Below are positions 39,634 through 47,482 of a stretch of DNA of 64,000 nucleotides, piece by piece. Both the position numbers and the translations under genes were made by a program. Where the stretch lies: the IMG/VR virus record IMGVR_UViG_3300013120_000738, positions 1 to 64,000 of that record; one strand, 5' to 3'. Each line of letters begins with the position of its first letter. Positions within the stretch are counted from its first letter, which is position 1. Under the pieces are notes generated by a model that was given only the letters and a program-made list of their open reading frames with translations, ran no database searches and was not told where the DNA came from.

Positions 39634-39734
39634 ACGATTTGCACGTCTGACCCCCAGGTTCCCCTAGTGCTCTGGACTACCTCGTAGAGGTAATACCCCT
39701 ACATTGGCTCCCCGAAGGGCTGAGCTAAAGTGGC
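39624..39734 (-). ncRNA. tRNA-like RNA lacking an anticodon loop
   Basis: GGCCACTT/AGGTGGCC acceptor, TA, D-stem GCTC/GAGC, A26, CTAGG-GGAA-CCTGG, variable loop GGGTC, T-arm AGACG-TGCAAAT-CGTCT. Confidence 0.75.
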
Positions 39735-39740
39735 CACAAA

Positions 39741-39989
39741 TTATGCTTTTGTCTTCTCTTTTGCTTTCGCTGCACGAGCCTTAACTCTCTCAATTTTGCC
39801 TAAAGCGAATTCATGAGCTTGGCGGAGCGAATCAACTGCTTTCTTACATTTCTCATAATTTGGAGTGATTTTTGCCAATTTGGCTTCACTCGCAGTTAAC
39901 TTCTTCTTGATTTTTTCGGCTCGTGCAGTTAGCCTAGCAATCTTTTCATCTGGAGTTTGTGGTTGTTTACTCTGTTCTTTCTTTGCCAT
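39741..39989 (-). CDS. Small basic coiled-coil protein
   Basis: Lys/Ala/Glu-rich, 82 aa. Confidence 0.65.
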   Translation of the reverse strand: MAKKEQSKQPQTPDEKIARLTARAEKIKKKLTASEAKLAKITPNYEKCKKAVDSLRQAHEFALGKIERVKARAAKAKEKTKA

Positions 39990-40272
39990 TTTTGTACCTA
40001 TATTGATATTGCCACACGGACGCTTTGATTTTATTTAGATTTGATTATGCGAAGATGAATATAAGTATTCCAACAACTGTCATAAATAGTGCGTAGTAGA
40101 ATAACCCTATCATCTCAATGCAGCCTCTAACCATCCGCAATTATAGGCGGCTTCATGTAAAAACCAATCGTACCCATGCCTAGATGGATCACAGGTACGA
40201 TTAGTTCGTGCGTCCTTATAACCCTTTTCGAATGGGCCACGTATTCCTGGTAATTCCAGGGGTGCCCAATCG

Positions 40273-40614
40273 TCACACGTTAGGTTTGATGCGAACTGAA
40301 GCTCTGGCTGGCGGTGTCTTCTTGACTTCTTCTTTAGCCACCCCTTTGTCCAGAAGCTTCTGGCGCAATTCAGGAACTGTTTTAAGGCGTTCTTCATCGA
40401 ACGTTAACACCACTTTCTCACTGCCTTGTCGTGGCTCAGTGACATCAATTTTGCCGAGACCTTCGACAGTAATATTCATCTTCTTACCGTTAGCCAGATC
40501 ACGAAGTTCTTCCTTTTTCGCGTCCAACTTATCAGCAAGTTCTTGGGACTGGATTTGTAATTCCAGTGCTTCCTTTGCAAGATCCTGACCAATATCGGTT
40601 ACAGCGGTACTCAT
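40273..40614 (-). CDS. Hypothetical protein (coiled coil plus beta; Gp157-like possible)
   Basis: SD GGAGG, ATG 40614. Confidence 0.65.
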   Translation of the reverse strand: MSTAVTDIGQDLAKEALELQIQSQELADKLDAKKEELRDLANGKKMNITVEGLGKIDVTEPRQGSEKVVLTFDEERLKTVPELRQKLLDKGVAKEEVKKTPPARASVRIKPNV

Positions 40615-40635
40615 AACAACCTCCGTAAATACCAT

Positions 40636-40938
40636 ATGCTAAAACAAACGCGGCGGGTAACCACTCTCTTCCTCCAGGAGCTCCCAGAACAAGTAGAGTA
40701 CTTTGATGCATATATGTACGTAATGGTAGATCGTAAACCAGATAAAATAGTATCTGGAGCACAGTTTGGTACTGAAGTCAGAATTAATCCGTGTGTGCTA
40801 GACTGGGAGAAAAAGACTATAACGATGACTATTCCAAAAGATATAAATGAAGGTATTGATAGCTGGGATGATCTAGATCCAAATTTCTATGAAGCTGTCG
40901 AAGCAGCCTTTCTAGCATTAATCAAAAGTTGTCTTTAG
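40636..40938 (+). CDS. Hypothetical protein
   Basis: 100-aa ORF. Confidence 0.5.
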   Translation: MLKQTRRVTTLFLQELPEQVEYFDAYMYVMVDRKPDKIVSGAQFGTEVRINPCVLDWEKKTITMTIPKDINEGIDSWDDLDPNFYEAVEAAFLALIKSCL

Positions 40939-41173
40939 AAAAGAACTTATTGACTTCACGCCACATCTCGTCAATCGCTTTAACATGCTTATTATATCTC
41001 TTTCTAATATCCTTTGGCATCCATTCCTTTGGGCCTTCATATATTAACTTGCCATTCTCTTTTATATTGACCCAACTACCATGTGTTTCACACGTCCATT
41101 CATGTTTCCTAAGTCCAAATATTTCGCGTATCCTACCGAAAGCTCCTCTCAGGGATAGCTTTGAAATCTTCAT
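40922..41173 (-). CDS. Hypothetical protein
   Basis: 83-aa ORF. Confidence 0.5.
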   Translation of the reverse strand: MKISKLSLRGAFGRIREIFGLRKHEWTCETHGSWVNIKENGKLIYEGPKEWMPKDIRKRYNKHVKAIDEMWREVNKFFSKDNF

Positions 41174-41495
41174 ATGACATCCTCAGCATCCAAACATTAT
41201 CTGTAACTACTCTAAATTTGTGAGTAATCCCAGACATGTCAGTTATAGTTACTAATCGCCCTAGATGCCTAGTACCATCAGATAATACTATACAAGTACT
41301 CGGATTACAACGCGACTCAAAAACAATAGCAACATCTATCCCAGGTTCTTCAAATCCATAATCAGCTAAATAAATATCACGATCAATTATAGAACGTACC
41401 GCAAAGTATTGAAATTCTGTGTTAGGAAATAAATATGGATCATTATGATGGTATGGATCGGTTAGGTATGGATCGTTCATTATATCTACTAGCAA
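41133..41495 (-). CDS. Hypothetical protein
   Basis: ORF in the operon. Confidence 0.5.
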   Translation of the reverse strand: MLVDIMNDPYLTDPYHHNDPYLFPNTEFQYFAVRSIIDRDIYLADYGFEEPGIDVAIVFESRCNPSTCIVLSDGTRHLGRLVTITDMSGITHKFRVVTDNVWMLRMSYEDFKAIPERSFR

Positions 41496-42285
41496 CTTTA
41501 TAGTATCTTAATGGTCTAGGTCCATACAAACTTTGTTCTCCAGGACCGGCAATTCCAGAAGCAGCATAATGCCAAAAGGTCGTGGTCAACAATGGTGTAG
41601 CCCTACGAGCCAAATACAGAGCAATCAACCTCTCAAACATATGTGGTGTCCAAAAACCAATATCACGTAACCTAAGATTCCTAGCTATTCTAGCAAGCTT
41701 ATCACCAAGATAATCAAAAGTAGCTCTAGTACAAAGAAATTGATGTGAGTAAATCAACCTTGGTTGAATATCCATAGCCCAATCATGTATATCGGCATCA
41801 TATTCCTTCATAATCTCCCACACACTAATCTGATCATCAAAAAGATGTCTAAAGAACGGATCATAATTGGGAGTACAATATACCTCTTCCGGTATCACCC
41901 AATCGTCCCATATACCAATATATCTCGACGGTGCTGTTAGTCCAATCGCTCGTAATTCATCCTCTCGAAGCCATTTATTCAATTTTCTCCAGGTCTCACC
42001 CGCCTTAAAGTGTATACCTATATCAGCATGCATGATAGCAACATCATCGTTACCTATAAGATTATCCGCATGCTCCCAAATAGTAAGAATAACAGATGTT
42101 TCGAACAAACCAGAATTCCAAGAAGCATACGTGGGAAAGAAATCATTAGATTCTGACAAATCCGCATTCTTTACTTTAGTAGTACCACATGCAATCCTCC
42201 TAGCATTTACAATCTGGCTCCTAAATGCCTTCTTAGAAATAATGTCAGTCGACTGTGGATGACAGAGTAAAAATGCTTGAATCAT
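41443..42285 (-). CDS. DUF4422-like glycosyltransferase-related protein
   Basis: ETSVILTIWEH, MHAD, HQFLCTRATFDY...L, FERLIALYL resemble DUF4422 patterns. Confidence 0.55.
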   Translation of the reverse strand: MIQAFLLCHPQSTDIISKKAFRSQIVNARRIACGTTKVKNADLSESNDFFPTYASWNSGLFETSVILTIWEHADNLIGNDDVAIMHADIGIHFKAGETWRKLNKWLREDELRAIGLTAPSRYIGIWDDWVIPEEVYCTPNYDPFFRHLFDDQISVWEIMKEYDADIHDWAMDIQPRLIYSHQFLCTRATFDYLGDKLARIARNLRLRDIGFWTPHMFERLIALYLARRATPLLTTTFWHYAASGIAGPGEQSLYGPRPLRYYKVASRYNERSIPNRSIPS

Positions 42286-42300
42286 AATAAAATCTACAGT

Positions 42301-43140
42301 ATGAAATTAAGATTAATAGTTGAATACAAAGCAGTAACCCTGACAAAAGGGTTAATAGCACACTTCAAGAATGTGTTAGAGCCTATATTACCAAAGTTAT
42401 CACGTATCAAAGACATCAGATCTATAATTAGGTACATAAACGCCGCATTCGAAAAACAACCATTCCAAGACCGTAGGATCGTTTTTAATATACCAAGTAA
42501 AGAAGACCTCGTAGACCCATACCCGGAAGCTATAATACAAGGTAATGTAGATCCAGATAATCTCATTATTAATCTAACACCAGGTAAAATATTTATCGAA
42601 GCAATTCGAAATCAAGATATTGGGCCAATTCTTGCAAGTGTTAGGACCATTATAGGGCATGAAGACACACATGTTCAACAATTCGGTAATAAAGATTCCA
42701 AATTATCCAAAAACCTGACTAATGAGAAACACTGGAAAGCACTAGAAGAACTTGTAGGCGAGAATGGTGCTAAATTCTCTAGTATGATGTATGATGATCC
42801 ATCTAGCCTAGATGATCAACCAGCTATAAGAAAGATGATATCACAAAGGTACTATATTAACCTATCAGAATTGCCATCACACGCATATTCAGCAGTAGCA
42901 GAACTAGTCAATAGTGTAAAGAAAGAAATGCCAAACGCTAGACCACAAGAAGTACTACAAACAACTGACAAACTAATTAGGACACTAAAGGATGACCCCA
43001 CAAATAAAACAGTCGCTAATGCATCCAAAGCAGTGAAATTATATACACAAGGCGTCGCCAAGGATTTTCCAAAAGCTGTACCAAGCTTTATCAAGATGAT
43101 GGGGCAGACATTACGAAAATTAAGAGAAGAATTCTTCTAA
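42301..43140 (+). CDS. Zincin-like (HExxH) protein, possible capsid-internal
   Basis: IGHEDTHVQQ and YY...ELPSHA; MKLRLIVE N-terminus. Confidence 0.65.
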   Translation: MKLRLIVEYKAVTLTKGLIAHFKNVLEPILPKLSRIKDIRSIIRYINAAFEKQPFQDRRIVFNIPSKEDLVDPYPEAIIQGNVDPDNLIINLTPGKIFIEAIRNQDIGPILASVRTIIGHEDTHVQQFGNKDSKLSKNLTNEKHWKALEELVGENGAKFSSMMYDDPSSLDDQPAIRKMISQRYYINLSELPSHAYSAVAELVNSVKKEMPNARPQEVLQTTDKLIRTLKDDPTNKTVANASKAVKLYTQGVAKDFPKAVPSFIKMMGQTLRKLREEFF

Positions 43141-43273
43141 TGCGACTATCATTAATTACAGACGATACTACCAGACGCGACTTCTTAAAAAGAGAAAAGA
43201 ACGGGAAGAAGCAGACCGCTGGAAACCAGACCCCGCCGCATCAAGTATGCATCAACCATGGTTCGAATCAGTA

Positions 43274-43567
43274 CTAGAATCCCATCTCAGTTTCTATAAG
43301 TAATCTACCAGGTTTTGTCCCATCACTCTTCTGATATAAGTGGCTTCTATATTCATATACTTTACCGTCAAAATGAAGTTTCACACCACCTGTCATACCC
43401 TCCAGTCGCAGTGAAAAATCATTGCTTAAATCAGTCTCTGTTCCAACAACAGGAGCATTAGCTTCATCTATTCCAACTCCCTCTGGAAATAATATCAAAA
43501 AATATATAACCTTTTGCCCATTATGTTCTAATGGTTCTGGATTTTTATCTAGTCTATAATATCTCAT
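43274..43567 (-). CDS. Hypothetical protein
   Basis: 97-aa ORF. Confidence 0.55.
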   Translation of the reverse strand: MRYYRLDKNPEPLEHNGQKVIYFLILFPEGVGIDEANAPVVGTETDLSNDFSLRLEGMTGGVKLHFDGKVYEYRSHLYQKSDGTKPGRLLIETEMGF

Positions 43568-44412
43568 TCAATAAATCCCATTTTCTTATCTATAGACAAG
43601 CGTGCTTCTTTTATTCCAAATGATTTCACATGAATATTATTACCATCATCTGCTTCAAGTTCAGCCGAAACATAACTAGTTAACTCATTATCACACCAGT
43701 GCATATGTGTGCCAAGCATCTCTGGGAAACGCGATTTCCATTTATTATGTAATAATCTAAAGAATTGCCAATATCGACTCCTGCCAGCCATACTAGATGA
43801 ATATGCCCCATAATGAATTATAGGTAAGTCTGCCGCATACACACCAAATCCAGCCGCCCTCGCCTGCAAACACATATCGGCCCCATAAAAATGGAACCCA
43901 TTAAACATCGTATCAAACCGCAGTCCTGTTTTCTTATTAAGAATAAATAAGCATTCATCAACACAATGAACTCTTGTCGGCGACTTTAAACCATCCCAAT
44001 ATGGTTCCGAATCAACATCATCTGTATGCCAGACACTACCTACCGCCACAGTATCCAATAATACTGCACCACCCCATGGCCCTATATCTCGCCTCTCCCT
44101 ATTAAGATCTATCCCAGCAGCACCAAGTATTCCCCAATCTTTATCCAATTTCCCCAATGTCTCTTCCGCTATCGCAAACCAATCCTCTACGAGTGTAATA
44201 TCTTGGTGAGCAATAACCAGATTATCTGATCTTGCAACCTTAATTCCTAAATTTAGAGCAAGGCTAGCTGAATATAACCCACTATCATTTAGTACGGGAA
44301 TAATTTCTACGTCAAAATTACCACGGCACCGGTCTATTGAATCAAGCAAGCATTCTTGATAAATGTCCGGCTCAGAGATACAAGTAATAACAGAAAATAT
44401 AGGCATCATCAA
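43564..44412 (-). CDS. Glycosyltransferase-like protein (GT2-related, Glyco_tranf_2_5)
   Basis: S...ALN.GI..A..D.+V+.HQD, G+LGAAG, VDEC, FHFYGADMCLQ. Confidence 0.8.
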   Translation of the reverse strand: MMMPIFSVITCISEPDIYQECLLDSIDRCRGNFDVEIIPVLNDSGLYSASLALNLGIKVARSDNLVIAHQDITLVEDWFAIAEETLGKLDKDWGILGAAGIDLNRERRDIGPWGGAVLLDTVAVGSVWHTDDVDSEPYWDGLKSPTRVHCVDECLFILNKKTGLRFDTMFNGFHFYGADMCLQARAAGFGVYAADLPIIHYGAYSSSMAGRSRYWQFFRLLHNKWKSRFPEMLGTHMHWCDNELTSYVSAELEADDGNNIHVKSFGIKEARLSIDKKMGFIE

Positions 44413-44436
44413 AATTACAGTAAAGGAGAATGAATC

Positions 44437-44667
44437 ATGGCTACACGGGTAACTACCATCACCAATATTTCAACCCAGACAATACCTATCTTGCTGAACG
44501 CTATCGACCTCGATAAAGCGGCTGCAACATCGGATATTGATCCCACCCGTGCCGAGCAATTATCGATAGCGCCAGGTGCAGAACTAGTTATCGAGACACA
44601 AAGAATTGACATAGGTCAATTGGAACAACTACAGAGAAAGAATCTCATCACCTTTATTGGTTACTGA
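44437..44667 (+). CDS. Small protein paralogous to 17657-17914
   Basis: N.STQ.IP+...Q+.+APG...Q+E.LQ+K.LI. Confidence 0.7.
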   Translation: MATRVTTITNISTQTIPILLNAIDLDKAAATSDIDPTRAEQLSIAPGAELVIETQRIDIGQLEQLQRKNLITFIGY

Positions 44668-45128
44668 GTCACTAAAACAAACCTATCGTCTAGATATTGT
44701 CTCAATACGGGCAGCACTTGTTTAGGTCGCAATCTACCATTAGCACATCCCACCATCGGTAGAACAATCATATCGGCCTCTAATATATCTATTAACCTAG
44801 CTAATTGAATAGTAGATCTACGTATCAAATCGATATCCGAGTCCTGTTGCCAAGACAACCAGGGTTTATCCTCATCTAGTGGTTTAGTAGGAAATAATAT
44901 AAATTTCTTTTTCCTGTATGGTAGTGTTGCTGTATTAGCACCGAATTTTTGGCATTTCTTACCATACCATATAGGTAGATCTGGATCTATCCCAGCAGCA
45001 GCTCTGGCTATACCAGCACCCATAGGATTAGAACCGTCTTTCTTCCAACCGATGTTGGTAGTAATGACGATCCACTTCCTTCTGTCGTGGAAGTTCCAGA
45101 TGTTACCAACTCTCTCAATCATCAACAA
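44661..45128 (-). CDS. Macrodomain (ADP-ribose binding/hydrolase, DarG-like) protein
   Basis: GNIW, ITTN, MGAGIA, FPTK, LPMVGCANG.L. Confidence 0.8.
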   Translation of the reverse strand: MLMIERVGNIWNFHDRRKWIVITTNIGWKKDGSNPMGAGIARAAAGIDPDLPIWYGKKCQKFGANTATLPYRKKKFILFPTKPLDEDKPWLSWQQDSDIDLIRRSTIQLARLIDILEADMIVLPMVGCANGRLRPKQVLPVLRQYLDDRFVLVTQ

Positions 45129-45453
45129 TCAAGTCAAGAATTCGTGCAGGGTTTATTTTGTCATAATAACCGCAATGTGGCTTATCTGTACACTCCCGTA
45201 TGGTCTTCACAGCAGAACTTATAAAATGTAGAACATCAGCATCTGGATTACTGATCATTATTCCTTCATCTTTACCAAGATACACCGCGTATAAATAGTC
45301 ATCCTCTATAATAAATATTAATTTTCGCCATCTACCAAGACCATCTGTGACTTCTGATTTAACTATATCCGATGCCTCTTTGCGCACCGGCAATTTCATA
45401 CTTCGTAAGATATCGATCACAAGATCAGCAATCAATATGGTTGCTCCCCACAA
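45115..45453 (-). CDS. Hypothetical protein
   Basis: ORF in the operon. Confidence 0.5.
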   Translation of the reverse strand: MWGATILIADLVIDILRSMKLPVRKEASDIVKSEVTDGLGRWRKLIFIIEDDYLYAVYLGKDEGIMISNPDADVLHFISSAVKTIRECTDKPHCGYYDKINPARILDLIVDD

Positions 45454-46094
45454 AACTCATCAAAATCTATCTCAGTATCAGGATAATATAGATCGATTGC
45501 ATATTTCTCAGCATCTAATACACGCTGTAACAATTCTGGGGTATACTTTGCAAGTTGCTTAGATGACATCTCGCCCATAGACGAATCGTTTATTCTCCCA
45601 GCATCTATAAATTTCTGCTCATCGAATTCTACACCGGCATTCTGTAATATATTAGTAGCATCAGTTACCAAGTTCTCCATAGTACCAACGTTGATTTCTC
45701 CTGATGGTACTCTCTCAATATAGACCTTATATAAAGTTGATACCCAACCGGGTTTATGAATCAATAGATTATCGACCCACTCCCGAAAATCATTAGATGA
45801 GCAATTTCTATCTATCGGATGGCTCATATGCCACCCATGCTTAACCCTAAATGCCCATCTAGATTGATACCACGTAATCGGATGCCTAACAAAAGCAAAA
45901 TAATAAGCGGATTTAATAGTGTCCGGATTAATATGATTAGCTAGTTCTGGAAAATGCGAGTGTTGTTGCCCAACATGTGAGTATGGTTTACCGGTAGCCA
46001 GCTTAATAGCCTCACGGAACCACGATCCTCCAGTCTTAGGGATATGAAGAAATATCCATGTCCGTCCATCAGAACACTCGCCCATCAAAGCCAT
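45432..46094 (-). CDS. Sulfotransferase family protein
   Basis: FLHIPKTGGS (5'-PSB loop) and FVRHP..WYQS (3'-PB). Confidence 0.85.
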   Translation of the reverse strand: MALMGECSDGRTWIFLHIPKTGGSWFREAIKLATGKPYSHVGQQHSHFPELANHINPDTIKSAYYFAFVRHPITWYQSRWAFRVKHGWHMSHPIDRNCSSNDFREWVDNLLIHKPGWVSTLYKVYIERVPSGEINVGTMENLVTDATNILQNAGVEFDEQKFIDAGRINDSSMGEMSSKQLAKYTPELLQRVLDAEKYAIDLYYPDTEIDFDEFCGEQPY

Positions 46095-46276
46095 TACGAA
46101 GTCCTTCTTGTCAAAGCCTCTACCATATGCCTAGCTATTGCATCAAGGACATCCTCACCATCCTCGATCTTATGCCCAAAAACTTTGATGGCTTGGTCAT
46201 CATTCTCCACACTACCCCATTTATATTCGGTAATCTCGTCTAATCGGTTCCGAAACAATTCAAAAACGTCATCCAT
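46094..46276 (-). CDS. Hypothetical protein
   Basis: 60-aa coupled ORF. Confidence 0.5.
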   Translation of the reverse strand: MDDVFELFRNRLDEITEYKWGSVENDDQAIKVFGHKIEDGEDVLDAIARHMVEALTRRTS

Positions 46277-46283
46277 GATACAC

Positions 46284-47231
46284 CTACTCTATTATCTTCT
46301 CAGCTTCCTCCTCAAAACCAAGTGCAGTAAACATGGTGCTCATCCGATGGTGGTATGTATGGTGTTGTAAGACAGAATCTCTTTGTTTAGTAGCAAGAAG
46401 AAACCGCTCCTCCTCATTCTCAGGGCGACTATAATAAACACATCTTTCAAGATACTCTTCGGGAGTAGTAGCGATTACTATACCTTCGATAATCCTATCC
46501 AATCTTGGTACTGCATCATGTACCGCCAAAGCACCACATAGTGCTACTTTGAAAGCTCTTTCAGGTAGATCAATACCAAAACTTCTTGTATGCTGCTCCG
46601 ATATACAAGGTCCCACCTTGCCACTATTGAAGAACGCACATACTTTATCATCGGCTATAGCACCGCTAGAAATACCATCTGGCCAATCGCCCCAACCGTG
46701 CAGTTTATGTGTTATCTTGCCATTCTGCAACACCGGCATCAAGCATTCAGTTATTGTAATAGCCTTATATGGCCAGATACCACCAAGATAGACGACGTCG
46801 AATTTTCTTTCCCCGTCTAGTAATTTATATATAACCTTATCACCAGCTGTGGGCATAGGCACCCAAGTAATTCCGGCTTTCTGTGACCAATAAGACCATA
46901 GAATCCTATCAGAATCATATCCGTAACCGAATACTACATCGGGCTTTTGTTTACGCACCCAATTAATAGCATCTGTTGATTCTGATACCCCATCGATAGT
47001 GCTAGGACCCCATGGATTGACATGGATAGCTATCTTCGCACGCCTGTTTCTTGGTATTTCTTGCTTGTGGCCAGAACAACCCATATAAATATCTGGGTTA
47101 AAATCATCCCAGCTAGCCCTATCATTATTCCATCGGCGAACTTCATGCCCTTTATCACGAAGAGCATTGATCCAGCCATCTGAAATATAACCAAAAGCAC
47201 CACCAGGCCTGTGACATATAAGGACTCTCAT
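46284..47231 (-). CDS. GT-B glycosyltransferase (CgeB-like)
   Basis: DVVYLGG, LHG.GDW, ERAFKVALCGA, HTY.HR. Confidence 0.8.
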   Translation of the reverse strand: MRVLICHRPGGAFGYISDGWINALRDKGHEVRRWNNDRASWDDFNPDIYMGCSGHKQEIPRNRRAKIAIHVNPWGPSTIDGVSESTDAINWVRKQKPDVVFGYGYDSDRILWSYWSQKAGITWVPMPTAGDKVIYKLLDGERKFDVVYLGGIWPYKAITITECLMPVLQNGKITHKLHGWGDWPDGISSGAIADDKVCAFFNSGKVGPCISEQHTRSFGIDLPERAFKVALCGALAVHDAVPRLDRIIEGIVIATTPEEYLERCVYYSRPENEEERFLLATKQRDSVLQHHTYHHRMSTMFTALGFEEEAEKIIE

Positions 47232-47482
47232 TACTCACCATCTACAATAGTTGGGATTTGTTCTCTAGTAACAACAATATTTAGTTCTTCTGGGACCGCA
47301 TAAATCGTGTAACCAAGGCACGCATCAACCACAAAACGCCCTAGGCCTTGACCATGATCTGTTGGTGTAGAAACCACCACGCCAGTTATCTGATACTTAG
47401 CACAGAATCTAGCAGCATCACTGCTATTCAACTTACCATCGTCATCTAGTAGCCGGAATTTGACGATATCACCACTTTTCAT
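47231..47482 (-). CDS. Hypothetical protein
   Basis: 83-aa coupled ORF. Confidence 0.5.
   Translation of the reverse strand: MKSGDIVKFRLLDDDGKLNSSDAARFCAKYQITGVVVSTPTDHGQGLGRFVVDACLGYTIYAVPEELNIVVTREQIPTIVDGE

Noticed and set aside
39680-39710. Alternative fold of the tRNA-like RNA as tRNA-Pro(AGG) using the first GAGC
   Set aside because: The anticodon stem would have only 3 bp and the variable region would exceed 30 nt; the second GAGC gives canonical spacing
39624-39734. tRNA-Sec (8/5 fold) or archaeal intron-containing tRNA
   Set aside because: No UCA anticodon or long variable arm; no bulge-helix-bulge seen; removing the insert would still leave no anticodon; the gene set is bacterial
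40110-40397. 95-aa minus-strand ORF
   Set aside because: Overlaps 40273-40614 by 125 nt in another frame and has no SD; not reported as a gene
43167-43190. TRRDFLK twin-arginine (Tat) motif
   Set aside because: No hydrophobic region follows and it may lie in a frameshifted segment
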